Below, piece after piece: positions 1 through 12,365 of a DNA stretch of 64,000 bases (position 1 is the first letter of the stretch; the number at the start of each line of letters is the position of its first letter). The position numbers were made by a program, and so were the translations under genes. The notes beneath the pieces were generated by a model. The model did not search any database. It was not told the origin of the DNA and worked only from the letters and a program-made list of their open reading frames with translations. Location of the stretch: contig CM052816.1 of NCBI GenBank assembly GCA_028534125.1, positions 45,634,001 to 45,698,000 on the forward strand, given 5' to 3'. The stretch is from Lama glama (lineage: Eukaryota).

Positions 1-956
1 CTACATTCTGTATTTTTCTTTCACATAAAAATAAAAACTACTTATAAGGTTTATAAAATGTGTTTACACAATACACCTTTATAGAAAAACCTGCAAGAGT
101 AAAATCTGGAGAGGACCGGGAGTTATAAAACAGAATTATTACTACTTCCATCCTAATTAATATGATACAAAATAGCACCTATTAAATTCATCTACGAATT
201 TTACCATTTCTAAAGTAAGAGTTCTGCAGAGCCCTCAAGTCACACTGACCTTTACTAATACGTATCTGTAGTAGACAATCTTGGTTTCGATTTTTTAAAT
301 TAATTAATATCAATTAAACACAGTATTTTTTTCATTTTTGGAAAGAATTCTCTGAATTATTGAAAAAATTTCTCTTTGAGAGACTGTGATATTTTCTCAA
401 TATAAATTACCTACTGAGAAATGTTAAGTAAATCCTTATTATTACTTAAAAATACCCCTTAAGTTTGCATTATTTTTCATTCTCTGGAAAGTAAGTATTA
501 TTTAATGTTTAAATTCCATGTAAAGCGCGAATTTCATTATATGAAGATTAACGCTTTCTTTCTACTCACACAAAAAAGCTCTAATCCTCTCCCCTGTTGA
601 AAATGAAACCAGCAGAGCTGTTTGCCTAACCTAACATTTTAGATTTTTTGCTGCCTACTTTTTGAATATAGCAAAATATAAGCTATGGTTAAGATTTATC
701 TAATACCTTCCATAAATTCTCTATGTAATGTTTCTTCACAATAAATACCAGGTTAAAGTTAACTATGTCATAATATTCACGGTCTAACCAGAAGCCATCA
801 ACAAACAGCAGAAAAGTCAGAAGGTCAACGTAACATTACCTACTTAGTTTTTTGTTTTTACTTTATATGGAAGAAAGAATTAAGACAAAAAAGAAAATTA
901 TTTAAGAGAACTTGAAGACATAAACATCACTAAACATTACCTAAATGGGCTATTAC

Positions 957-1180
957 CTGTCTAAAGAAAGTGTTACCGTCTCATTCATTTCTGGAATGTC
1001 ATCAGCTTTGACAGTAATGTTGATTGTTGTGTTACTTTGCCCAGATAAAAACACAACAGAGCCATTAAAGGGTCCTATGTCGTCCAGGGTCACTGCTTTC
1101 GAATTAAAGCCAGAGGGCTTCAAACTCCAATGGACAGTAGCCTGCCCATCAGTTCCATCCCGATGTAAGGGAATGCATAT
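957..1180 (-). CDS. ADGRV1: ADGRV1 exon 11
   Basis: tttttatgag|ATATGC...GACAG|gtaata; 224 nt; ICIPLHRDGTDGQATVHWSLKPSGFNSKAVTLDDIGPFNGSVVFLSGQSNTTINITVKADDIPEMNETVTLSLD(R). Confidence 0.94.
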
Positions 1181-1689
1181 CTCATAAAAAGAGAAAAAAA
1201 CAGAACAATTTCTTCTGAACTATATGCTCACAAATTATATAAGCTTTTCAGTTAGTGCATACACGTTACATGAATTCGTTTATGTACTGTGTGCACAGAG
1301 AAGTGAACAAGGTTCTCTTTAAGCATGACAATAATTTTAAAGTATTTTATATTAGTTTTTGCTAATCAAATTTATTTACAAAATTTCCCCCAACCAAAAA
1401 TATGACTAACCTGGGATTGTCTTAAAGAAAAAGACTTAATTTTAAAAGCCAAGGAACTGTGAAAAACATAGAACAATTTGGGTAAAGAGTAAATTTCCAT
1501 CAGAGGTTGTCTGAAAAAAGAATTAATTTAATATGAACTGAAAAATAAACTTCTGTGATTAAATCTGGAAAAGGATAGTTACGTAAAATGTATCCTAAAG
1601 AGGCAAAATAAGAAAATAATTTAAATAAGAATAAGAAATGTTTCTAACCAATACAGTAAATGCAGCAGAAACAAAATCAGATACTCACA

Positions 1690-1830
1690 TCACGGCTCTG
1701 TGTTACCTTGGGCAAGTTACTTAACCTGTCTGACCTCAATTTCCACATGTGAAGTGAAGCTAGTAGTTGCCTATTTTACAAGTTTGTGGTGAAGATAAAA
1801 GTGTCTCTCCATAGTATGAGCTAAATAAAT
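1690..1830 (+). mobile_element. MIR SINE
   Basis: Core accttgggcaagttacttaacctgtctgacctcaatttcc. Confidence 0.75.
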
Positions 1831-2743
1831 GGAAGCTTTTATAGTAATTTTGAAACAAACTGTATTCGGTAGTTTTATTAAAGTGCAGCACATTTTAAAT
1901 ATATATAATTCAAGGATCACTGTAAATCATAATGAAGTTTTTTCAAACAAATATTTAATAGTAGGTAATGCTATTCTTTTTAAGCTCTTAAAAAGGGAAT
2001 CCTCTTTGTTCTTTTCCTTTTAACACAGGCTATCTTGAAAAAAATGGAAGACACTTTCCTCACTAACCATTCTTCTAATTTGGCTAGAAACAGTCAGGGC
2101 TGGAAACTAGTGAGCAAAGTAAGATTCTTAGAAAAGACAAAAAAAAATTAAGAAAGGTCTGGGCCCTTAAATCACCCCAAGGGAGTAGGCGTGGCCAAGC
2201 TGTGGATGGGACAAAGAGAACAAAGGGAAATTCTCACTCCTTCTGCTATTTCCCAGGAGGGGAAGAATGCAGATTCACAGAGCTCAAAACTTTCCCTGGA
2301 ATCTAATTTCCCTCTGGAGAAAAACATGAAATCGTAAATGTACAGCTTTGCAAGATAAATGAATTAAAACAATCCATTCTTTTAGAACAAATGAAATACT
2401 TCTTAGTTTTTCTGAAGAAAACAGGGTATCAAAAAAAATATTTTAAAAATCAAAACCATCTTGAAAAATGGAGCTTCTCTGCCAATTTACAGAATCAAAC
2501 ATACAAACAAAGGAAGTTGTGGTCACTATATTTTGACATGAGGCTTTGATAACAAAAACAACTCTCCACATTCCTGACGTGAAACACAAGCCAATTTAAA
2601 TCAAATCTAAGTATGAGAGACTTGGGGAGGGTCTCAGGGACAGACTGTGGCTCAGGGAATAGTAAGGCCAAAGGTCAGAGCTGTCCCTAGATAGATGGCA
2701 GGAAAATTCAGTCAGGGTGGGAGGGTGCTATATATGTGAACAA

Positions 2744-2757
2744 GCGCGCGCGCGCGC

Positions 2758-2808
<51 letters not shown>

Positions 2809-2810
2809 CA
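2744..2810. repeat. Compound (GC)7 / (GT)n microsatellite
   Basis: 67 nt of uninterrupted purine-pyrimidine alternation. Confidence 0.97.
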
Positions 2811-2943
2811 GAAATTTACATATATATGTAAATACATACATAAAATAAAATTCCTAAGATTTGGTGTTTCACAATTTAACCATATCACCTCCACACCATG
2901 CACAGGACACCACCCGAGCCCTGCCCAAGGCAAGCATGAGGCA

Positions 2944-3079
2944 GGTAGGGTATAGCTTAGTGATAGAGTGCATGCCTAGTATGCATGAGGTCCTGGGTTC
3001 AATCCTCAGTACCTCTGGTAAATAAAGCAGTACATAAATAAATCTAACCCACCCACCCACCCAAAGAAACCCCCAAAAC
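2944..3079 (+). mobile_element. tRNA-Ala-derived SINE (Vic-1-like)
   Basis: gggtatagcttagtgatagag...ggtcctgggttcaatcctcagtacctc (A/B boxes) plus A-rich tail. Confidence 0.85.
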
Positions 3080-3474
3080 ATAGTAAGACCTCCAAGGCAA
3101 GTATGAGGAGTGCTCAGAAATGGAAAAGGTCAAGGATTCCTGTGATACATATCACTTGGACAATAAAAAAATTGTGTTTGGCTTTCACTCTATCAAATGC
3201 CATGCCACTAGCTGCAAGTAGCCATATCAAAATATCCTCCTTTTGCTGTAAGCAATTAATTCTAATTTTATTCCATCGAATATGTCAAAAGGTGATGAAA
3301 ATCACACACTTACCAGTTACATATGTCAAATTACATACTGAAGACTCAGCTGCAAATGGTGAAGCTTTTCTACATCTATTAACTCTATAAACTAATTCTA
3401 CCCCGCCCCAAAAAGAGCATCTATACATTATCTCAAACTCATTACACCCCATCAATAAGAAAAAGCCTACTTAC

Positions 3475-3651
3475 CACTTCCGCAGCAAAATCTTCCGGTT
3501 CGTGCAAAATAATTGGAAGATTGCTAGTAAAGCCAATTTCTCCATTTGCAATGTCAGGAGTAACCACTAAAGAAATATTCCGGATTTTCCCAAATCTAGG
3601 ACTTATAGGTGGGATTGGGGGAATTATATTCACCAACTCCACAGTTTCCAA
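3475..3651 (-). CDS. ADGRV1: ADGRV1 exon 10
   Basis: ttatag|TTGGAA...GAAGTG|gtaagt; 177 nt; LETVELVNIIPPIPPISPRFG...EDFAAEV. Confidence 0.97.
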
Positions 3652-6600
3652 CTATAATAAACGAAGAAAACACCATAAAACTGACAGAAAAGAAATTTTT
3701 GGAAAAATGTTTAGCCTTAATTGCAGGAGGCAACAAAGCACAGCTAAAGGCCACCAGTAACTTGGCAACTTCCTTTTCCTCTTTCTTCATTGGTCATCCT
3801 GATTTGACCTCCTGCACTGGCTTCTTGGGCTCCTTCTGCTCCTCAATTATTATTCTTCTTCCCCAGGGGTCTTCCCAATACCTTTATCTTATAACTTCAT
3901 ACCCTCTCCCTAATCATTTTGCGATCTCTCCTTCAAATTCCAAATATTTATAATCAACTGCCACTGGATATGACATAAATGTCACAGAGACACGTTACAA
4001 ACAGAATGTACCAAATAGAAATCACCAGCTGTGGTCCATGTCCTCTTACCACCACCTTCACCAATACTACCATCCACTTTTCCTCCTTGTTGCCGATATC
4101 CAACTACCCTGACTTAAAAGCCAAATAGAGACTTGCTCAGATCTCCTTCCTCTCATCCACTGACCCACACTTCCAATCAAATCACCCACTGCCCTTCTCT
4201 GCCAGAGAAAAGTCACTATCAGAAGACTATTCAGAACTCCAAATGTGCCTAAATATGTCTTTAAAGAAATGCAACATACATATAACATACAGTGTCCCTG
4301 TAATAATCATGACCTCCAGAGTAACTTTCATGGTTCTTCCTCATGTAGAGTGGCCTCTCTTCATCACCTTACGAGTCAAAATGTACCTGCTCTTAAAGAC
4401 TAAATACCCATCTCTTCCGTGAAGATTTCCTTGGATTCTCCAGCCCTCTTTCTCCTATCTCTTTCTGAATCCTCACGAAACTTAGAACTTAAATTTCACT
4501 TACTTCTTGCTTATTATCATTCTATGTGCTCCAGACTTTTACTTCCAACAGGACTATAGAGCTCTTGCAGGTCTGTCTGTGTCCTTCTCAGTACTTTCCT
4601 GAAACATGCACACACCTGCAAGTGCGGCAGCTACACAGTACTTGTTGATTTATCCCTCCAACACAAATTAAGCACCATAAGAATCCTGACACATCACAAA
4701 CCTTCAACATCTTAATATTCTAACTTTCCAAAATCCAATTTATCAATATCACAGTGTTCACGGGAGTGTAGGAATAGATAATCACTACACGAGTGCAAAA
4801 AGGACAGAGATTATAAGTTAAAAAGCAACTGTGAACTTAATGGGACATTATGGACCTCCTATTCTTTAGAAACCTCCCTCTGTTAAGCTCTGCAATGTGG
4901 AAACAACACCACTAAGTAAGCATCACTAGAGACTTGTGATTTAAGTTGATTTTCCACAGCAGGACAGGACTGGTATTGACCCTGCACAGATGCTCACATT
5001 TTGTGATGAACAATGTACATTTTAAGGGTAAAAGTAAATGCCTTCTTAAAAGTAGCACACTTTGCTTTGAAAATCATAAACAGGAGAAGGATATCAAAAA
5101 TTTCGTATTTGGTAAATATCCATTTGAGTAAAAGAAAAAGAAAATTAGACTGGTCGATTTTGCCAAATATTGGTATGCAGACTGAGGCAAGTAAAATAAA
5201 ACATGTGGTTCTTTAGGACACTGCATATTTACTTTGTAAAATAAATAAAATGTAAAGATACATAATTAAAATCACATAAGTGTACCTGTCATTCCTTCTA
5301 GAGAAAAAGAATATACCCATATACATATATATTTATCTTCTAAAATAGCACAAAAATTAAAAAATAAAAATATATATGTAAATGGCATATAAATACAAAG
5401 TGTGCATTGGCTGGAGGGGAAGACTTTTTAAAAAGACACTGGTCCTGTGTGAGTAAGCACGTGTTTGTGAATGAACCCTCTCATTCCTGTATATTCACAA
5501 AGAGCTAACTGATAATACTGTTTAAAACATCAAGGAAAAAAAACTCCATATATTTTTAGTTCAAAACTCTTCAACAAGAAAGGAAAAAAAATCATATTTT
5601 ACTTACTTTTATCAAAACAGTTACAGAATTAATTCTAAGTGTAGTATTTTTGAAAAACCATAAAGAAAGAAGATATAGAAGGCTATGAAATGACCTGATC
5701 AAAAGGAAAATGCTAATGTCCCATGGCTTACTTCCTCGTCTCTAAGCCTTTTTGTCTGGGTTCCTTAAGCATCTGCTAAATCAAACCACTCCATTCATAA
5801 AGAGTCGTTCTTCGCTTTCAGACAGTTTGCTACTGGGACAGCACATTAGTGACCCCAGGCCTGCCAAAAGCTGTATCTCAGACTCATGGATTTAGCCGAG
5901 AGAGTTACTGAAGAATGAGGAGCTCATGTCTCGGATTCTCCTTTTCTTCAGTTTCATTCAGCTCTCTGCGCAGAGTCTGATGCCTCCTATTCGTGAGCTG
6001 CTCGTCCATTATGTACTATTCAAACTACACAACCTTCTGACTCCAACCAGCCTTCCAGAGCCTACAGCTGTTTTGAACCTTAAGGAGCTGTGTCAGTGAC
6101 TAATAGTGCCCTTTTCTCCGACTGTGTTAAACTGACTGTCTGCACTGCAAGACCTTTGTTTTTTAACTGAATACAAAGAGAGATAAAGAACTGAGTCTGG
6201 AATTAGTGGTATAAACAGATTTCTAACGCGGGATTACCCAAATTCAGATATTACATGCTTCTCTGCAAGTTCTTCCTTACTTATCAAGTGTCATCAAAAG
6301 TAAATTCTGTCATCTTCACATAGAATGCTGAAAGAAAATAGCTAGGCTAATATCTGACCCACTAGAGGTTCTTAATAAGGTTTTGTCTACATAGGGATTC
6401 TCTATAGCTACCTGAATAGATATTGGATATTTTCAAGAGTCTGAAAGTTTAATACAAAGGTTACTAATATTGGCATAGATACAGGAGGTCTCTACAGTAA
6501 AGACCTGTTTTGAGGCAGAGGAAGAGAAGAAATCAGAAAACAGAGACATTCTCTACAACTCAAAATCAACACTTCTGCATCATCAGTTCTCAAACTCATG

Positions 6601-6768
6601 TCACGTCGCTGCAACTGTGACACGAATGCCAGGATGCAGGGCTTCTATGAAAGCAAAGGAAATCCTGTGAAATCCTTCCTTCACTTCATATGAGTTGTGA
6701 GCTACAAGACTGGAGACCAAAGGAGAAATGAATACTGAGATACTAGGGACAAAAAAACCTTAAACATA

Positions 6769-7142
6769 TGCTATAAGTTGAATGTTTGTGTTCCCACCAC
6801 GCCCCTCCAGAATTCATATGTTGAAACCCTAGTGCCCAATGTAATGGCACTTGGAGGTGGGACCTTTGGGAGGTGATCAGGTCATGTGAGCAGAGCCCTC
6901 ATGATGGGATTAGTGCCCTTATGAGAAGCGACACCAAAGGGCTTGTTCCTCTTTCTCCCCACCATGTGAGGACACAACAAGAAGACATAAGTGTGTAAAC
7001 CAGGAAGAGGACTCTCCCCGGAACCCCACCGTTCCAGCACCATGATCTTGGACTCCCAGCCTCCAGAACTGCGAGAAGGAATCGTCTGCTGTTTAAGCGA
7101 CTCCGTCTGTGGCAGTCTTTACGGCAGCCCAAACTGATTGAG
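6769..7142 (+). mobile_element. MaLR solo LTR (MLT1A-like)
   Basis: tgctataagttgaatgtttgtg...cttggactcccagcctccagaactgcgaga...ggcagcccaaactga. Confidence 0.85.
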
Positions 7143-7989
7143 TGATTTGTATTAATGAGAATGCTCTGAAGCCAGAGGACACCGACAACAGAGAAGGCGA
7201 AGGAGAGCACTGATGCCAAAAATAAAAACAAAACACAAAAACCTCCATTAAATTCTGAAACTCCACTCGACAAATTATTATCTCTCAGAGGCACCAGAGA
7301 ACTCCTAAGTTTGGGATATGCTACCCTGAGTTCAAACTGGTGAAATTAGTATGTATTTCCATATATTAAAAGAACCAACTTTAAAAAGTAAGTTATGACA
7401 TATTTCTGTATAAGGCCAAACTTAAAGCTTTTCAAAAATTCTAAATTTATCTCTAAATGTGCTCTGGCAGCAGCATTCTAATTGCTTATCTTCTTGCTCA
7501 ACAAGACCAGAGCCATGGGCTTGACCACTTGCTCAAGTCCACTCCACAGATCCAGATCCCCCACCATCTAGCCAGTTATCTCACAAGAACATTCCACAAG
7601 CTGCAGGGGCAATGGACACAACTGTGAATGATGTCATGTTCTGTTCACCCATCACCCCAAAAAGAGAAATTCAAGGGTCCTCCAAAAGTGGGCTATCCTC
7701 ATAGACAGGCAAATGCATCATATCATAATGTCCCCAATATGAGGAAACACAGTAAAATAATAATAGTAACAGTAGTTAAAGATGAAGAACAGATCTCTCA
7801 CCACTAGGGACAAAGCTTTTGGGGACAGATAAAAGGTCTCCCTATAGACAGGCACGCAGCAAAAAGGCACCCCTACGTACTGACAAATTACATATCCCGA
7901 GAACAGGTCATTGACTAGATACCTCTGCTAGGAGTCCTCAATTAATGCTCAAACCATACAAGCCTGAGCAGCGGCCCAGCTCAAAAACA

Positions 7990-8800
7990 AAAGTCTTCAG
8001 AATGAAAGGGTCCACCCCACCCCGTGCTGAGTAAGGTACGACACAGTCCTGTGAAATTCAGAATGCCAAGAAGCTTTTTAAAAGCTTTCAGAGATAAAGA
8101 GCAAGTAAACCACAAAGGTAAACAATTCCTTTCCACTCCAATTTCTCATCAGCATCTCTGGAAGCTAAACAACAATATCTTTCAAATTCTGAAGAAGAAA
8201 TTATTTTAATCTAGAAATTTCTACCAAGCCAACTATCAATGTGAGTATGAAATTTCATTTTCAGTTGTTCAAAATTTTACCTTGCACATACCTTTCCTGC
8301 ACATGTATTTAGAGGACAGATACACTCCAACAAAACTAAAACACAATCCAAGAAGTAAAAGGTCCAAAATAAAGAAAATTGAGGAGTTCAGTAGAAACAG
8401 TTCCAAGTAGCAGGTGTCAAGCAAGTGGAGAAAGTAATTACTGCAGCTAAACGCAACATCCCACGCATGTAAGACAGCTGTTAGACTAATGTGGTAAGGA
8501 CAGCATATGGAAAGGGGCAATTAGACACTCCAGAGAAGGCAATAATAAAACATACAATCTAGGCAAAAATATGAAACAAATTTAAATGCAGCATGAGTCA
8601 AAGAAATTAATGGAATATGAGACTTCATTTGATATATATTTCAGTTAGCAAAATGCATGGTGACACAGATTACACATTCTTCCTTTATTGATCCATTCAT
8701 ACTATCTGATTCTGTATTAAATTTATTTATATAACCAAAATTTGATAAGCACCCTTTTTTGCTTTCTAATTTTCAGAATCAACCAATACCAACCATTTGG
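7990..8800 (+). mobile_element. HAL1 / old L1 ORF1-like relic
   Basis: aaaagctttcagagataaaga...ctggaagctaaacaacaat...ttcaaattctgaag...caagccaactatcaat resembles L1 ORF1 C-terminal coding region; boundaries approximate. Confidence 0.6.
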
Positions 8801-9485
8801 AAAATATAAGCACAGTATCATAAGTGAGTGCAGATTTTCAAACTTTGGCAATAAAAATAATGCTTTGGTTATTATACGGTTAATAAAAGTTAAGAAATTA
8901 AAGACATAAGATGGGAAAATACATTATAGGGTCTTTATCTCTTCTTTTTAAGTAGAAAAACTCCAAAGATTTTTATCTACTGTTACTAGACCAACAGATT
9001 TTTTAGGATATTATTTTAAAGTATCTACACATTTTTTCTCATACTTTTTTACTTCTGAAATGCCTTCCCTGCAGTATCCATCATGAAAAACATATTTACC
9101 CTACAAACCACATCCCTACATCACATTTTCCCAAATCAACTCAAAAGAAAGGCAGGTCTCTTGCTCTCTCCCTCCCGGCCCTTCCCAACAAACAGTTTAT
9201 AAATCACTCCATTATGTCATCCATCACATTCTGCCCCACATTTCATGTCTGATCTGCTTTTATTATCACATGATTAAAATACTGACTTTAGTATAACCTT
9301 TGTTCCATCCATCCCTCTATGTCTTAGGAGCAGACACAGTCTCTCTTTGGACTCCCACAGAACTTCTAGTGAGCAAGAGAACCCAAAATATAGATGAGGG
9401 CAAGGTAATGAATAGTTACTCTCTCACACAGATAGGTACACTTACAGTTTAACCAAAGTTAAGAGTATTTTCATCATTAAAGTAC

Positions 9486-9815
9486 CTGTACTAAGAAGTA
9501 AGCTCCATTTTGAAGGAATGCATCATTTCTTATTGGTAATTTTATAGTGACTTGGGTTTTTTGTTCTGGAAAAATGAGGCTATTTCTCCTGGATATATTT
9601 AAGATGCCATCTTTTGCTCGCAAAGGGGCCACAGCTCCAGCAGGAATATAAAGTGCAGAATAAAACATCTTCACATCTCCTTTAGTTCCTCCTAGTCTTG
9701 TAAAACTCAAGGATAAATATCGTTCACCTGGACTGCTTTCAATCTTCTGATTTTCCATAGGAAAAAATGTTATTAGGCCATAAACATCATCACTATCCTG
9801 AATGTAGAACAAAAG
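9486..9815 (-). CDS. ADGRV1: ADGRV1 exon 9
   Basis: ctgcag|CTTTTG...GTACAG|gtactt; 330 nt; LLFYIQDSDDVYG...NDAFLQNGAYFLVQ. Confidence 0.97.
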
Positions 9816-10187
9816 CTGCAGATAAAGGAAAAAAATATTAAAGTTATAGAATTCTCACATCTGAGATTACCAAATGGTTTATTTTCTAAGACTATTCTGA
9901 TTTGTAATATTTATTTATGTACCACATCTAAAAATGATCACTCTTACATGTAACAGAGTAAACGATGAATCAAAAACACATTAGCAAACTTTGTGGAATT
10001 TTTTTAAGAGCAAACTTTTTATTTATAGAAGGAACAACCTTAAGAAAGGGAAGCAACTATCATTTCTAAAATCAGTGTTCTTTCTGTCACAGCGAACTAA
10101 ACAGAAATGTGATTTACGTGATCAAATTCTTTGGCTATTTCATAGCACAGAAACAGTCACCCAAGTTAAATGTAACAAGAGATCTAC

Positions 10188-10458
10188 CTCTGCTGGTTCG
10201 CTCACTTCTGCACCTCCTCGTATTGTATGAGGTAGAATCTGAAGTAGGTAAGCCTCCGCCTCTTCTGGAAGATCGTCATTAACAACGGTGAGAGGAATCG
10301 ATGCCAACATCTGCCCTTGTGCAAAACGGAGAACTCCAGAACTTGGCCTGATATCCACTGTTACCGGTGAAGGATCACTGTTATTCCGCGTCAACACCCA
10401 GTTCACAGAAATATTCCCATGAGTGCCACCATTTCTAACCACTGTTATTTCTTCAAAT
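10188..10458 (-). CDS. ADGRV1: ADGRV1 exon 8
   Basis: ttctag|ATTTGAA...GCAGAG|gtagat; 271 nt; FEEITVVRNGGTHG...NDDLPEEAEAYLLQI...EPAE. Confidence 0.97.
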
Positions 10459-10807
10459 CTAGAATTTTTTTAAAGAAAATATGTCACACAATACACTCTA
10501 TTTCCCTCAAATAGGTATTTTCATATCAAGTTGGCCATCAGACACTGGTAAAAGCAGAATCCAAATTATAAAGAATGATCGTTTTAATATGAATGAGTAG
10601 AGATGTAGATGTGTCCTAGGAAACTACCATAACATGAATTCACTTGCATCTTTAAATCACTCCTCAAATAAGAAAGAAAACAGTGAAACAACAGTCGAGG
10701 AATTGACACATACTCTTGACAGCTCATCACTATATCCAACACCACAAACATTAAATCTTAGAATAACATATTTAAGTATTTGTAGCAACACAACACTTAA
10801 ATCCTAC

Positions 10808-11373
10808 CTTGATGTCGTATCTTCATCAATTATAACTGTCCTTTCAAACAAGACACTGTTGAGTGAGAGGACTCCATAAGGTTTGTCGTTTGGCTTAATG
10901 GTAACCTGGACAACAGAAGGGCCTAAGAGCACAGCATCTCCCTGTAAGGTATCTTTCAGTAACATGACATGAAATGATTCAGCAATCTCCGGTATGGCAT
11001 CATCAACTATTTGAAATTTCAGGTGTGATTCATAAATAAAAGGTGGAAAAACAATAGTTGTGTTTGGCTGAAGATCAATGAAGTCTAAATTCTGCACTGC
11101 ATGTGCTGTTGAATTCCCAGTTATAACAATATAACTGATCAAAACTTCATATTCATCAGATCCAATCAGATTTCCATTGTCATCTTTTCCACGAACCACT
11201 GGGATTGTGAGTATGTGGTCTTCTTCGGGTACCAAATAAACACTTTGTACGAATCTCACAGGACTATCATTTTTCTTAATGATGATCTCAACTGAGCTCC
11301 TAGAAGTGTTGATCTCAGCTCCTCCTTCAACATTTTTCAGTTGAATCAAAAATATTTCATCATTTTCTGGAAC
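10808..11373 (-). CDS. ADGRV1: ADGRV1 exon 7
   Basis: gacag|GTTCCA...TCAAG|gtagga; 566 nt; VPENDEIFLIQLKNVEGGAEIN...DEDTTS(R); overlaps ORF 10804..11349. Confidence 0.97.
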
Positions 11374-12084
11374 CTGTCAAAGAAATATAAACAGTGGCAA
11401 AACACCAATAGCCAAAACATGTGCAAAAAAACCCATAGTGTAAAAAGTCCCTATGTTTCAATGTAAATACGTAGAAATAAAGATTCTTTAACTGAAGGAA
11501 ACAGATAAAGAGGTTTATCTGGTGTCCATTTACAAAAATATTTTCCCAAGGTAAATAACATATTTTAGATAAAGCAAAGGTATTGAAGTACTGGTATAAT
11601 GTCTTTCAACTTGATAAATCTTTAGATAACTAAAATGGACATAATTCTTACTAGTTTCATCAGGTGGGTAGGGTCAGAAGCAGCATTCAAGGTCAAATAA
11701 TAGCTAAGAATCTGAAAAACTACATGAAACACCACAAATGGTTAGTTTTCAATCATGCAAATTATTCTTGCTTCTCTCTAAACGGTTTCTAACTCAAGAG
11801 TTAAGTATATGATACAAATCATACGATTTTCAAAATACTCATCACAGCTCTCTGGAGAACAAGCCATAAGAGTCACTATTAGGCAAAATGATGACACCGT
11901 TAAGATGAAACTTCTTTTTTTTAACTGCACAGAAATCCTAGGGATAATCTTTACTGTGCTAGTTGAGCTTTTCCTTCACTCTAAATGAATGAAAGTGAAA
12001 AAATACGTAAGTTTACTTCCATCAACAGCAATATACAAAGTAAAGCTATTTATCTCAAAAAAGAAATGTAATATTTGATGATCT

Positions 12085-12365
12085 TTTCCCCTCAACTTTA
12101 CTAAGGAATAATTGACAAATATAATTTTAATATACTTAAGGGGTACAGCATGATGATTTGATACATATATACACATGTACACATATATATACATATATAG
12201 AGAGAGAGAGAGATACTTAGTGACTATCAAGAGCAAGATAATTAACACACCCATCACCTCCGATAGTTAATTCTTTGCGTGTGTATGCGGAGACTGCCTG
12301 AGTCCTACTCTCAGCAACTTTTAAGTATACAAAACCGTATTATTAATGCTGCACATCAGGTCTGC
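12085..12365 (-). mobile_element. LINE-1 3'-end fragment (L1MA-like) with internal (TA)n(GA)n
   Basis: aaggggtacagcatgatgatttgatacatatatac...attaacacacccatcacctc motif. Confidence 0.75.

Noticed and set aside
2712..2955. ORFs with HT/CV repeats
   Set aside because: Translation of the (GT)n microsatellite.
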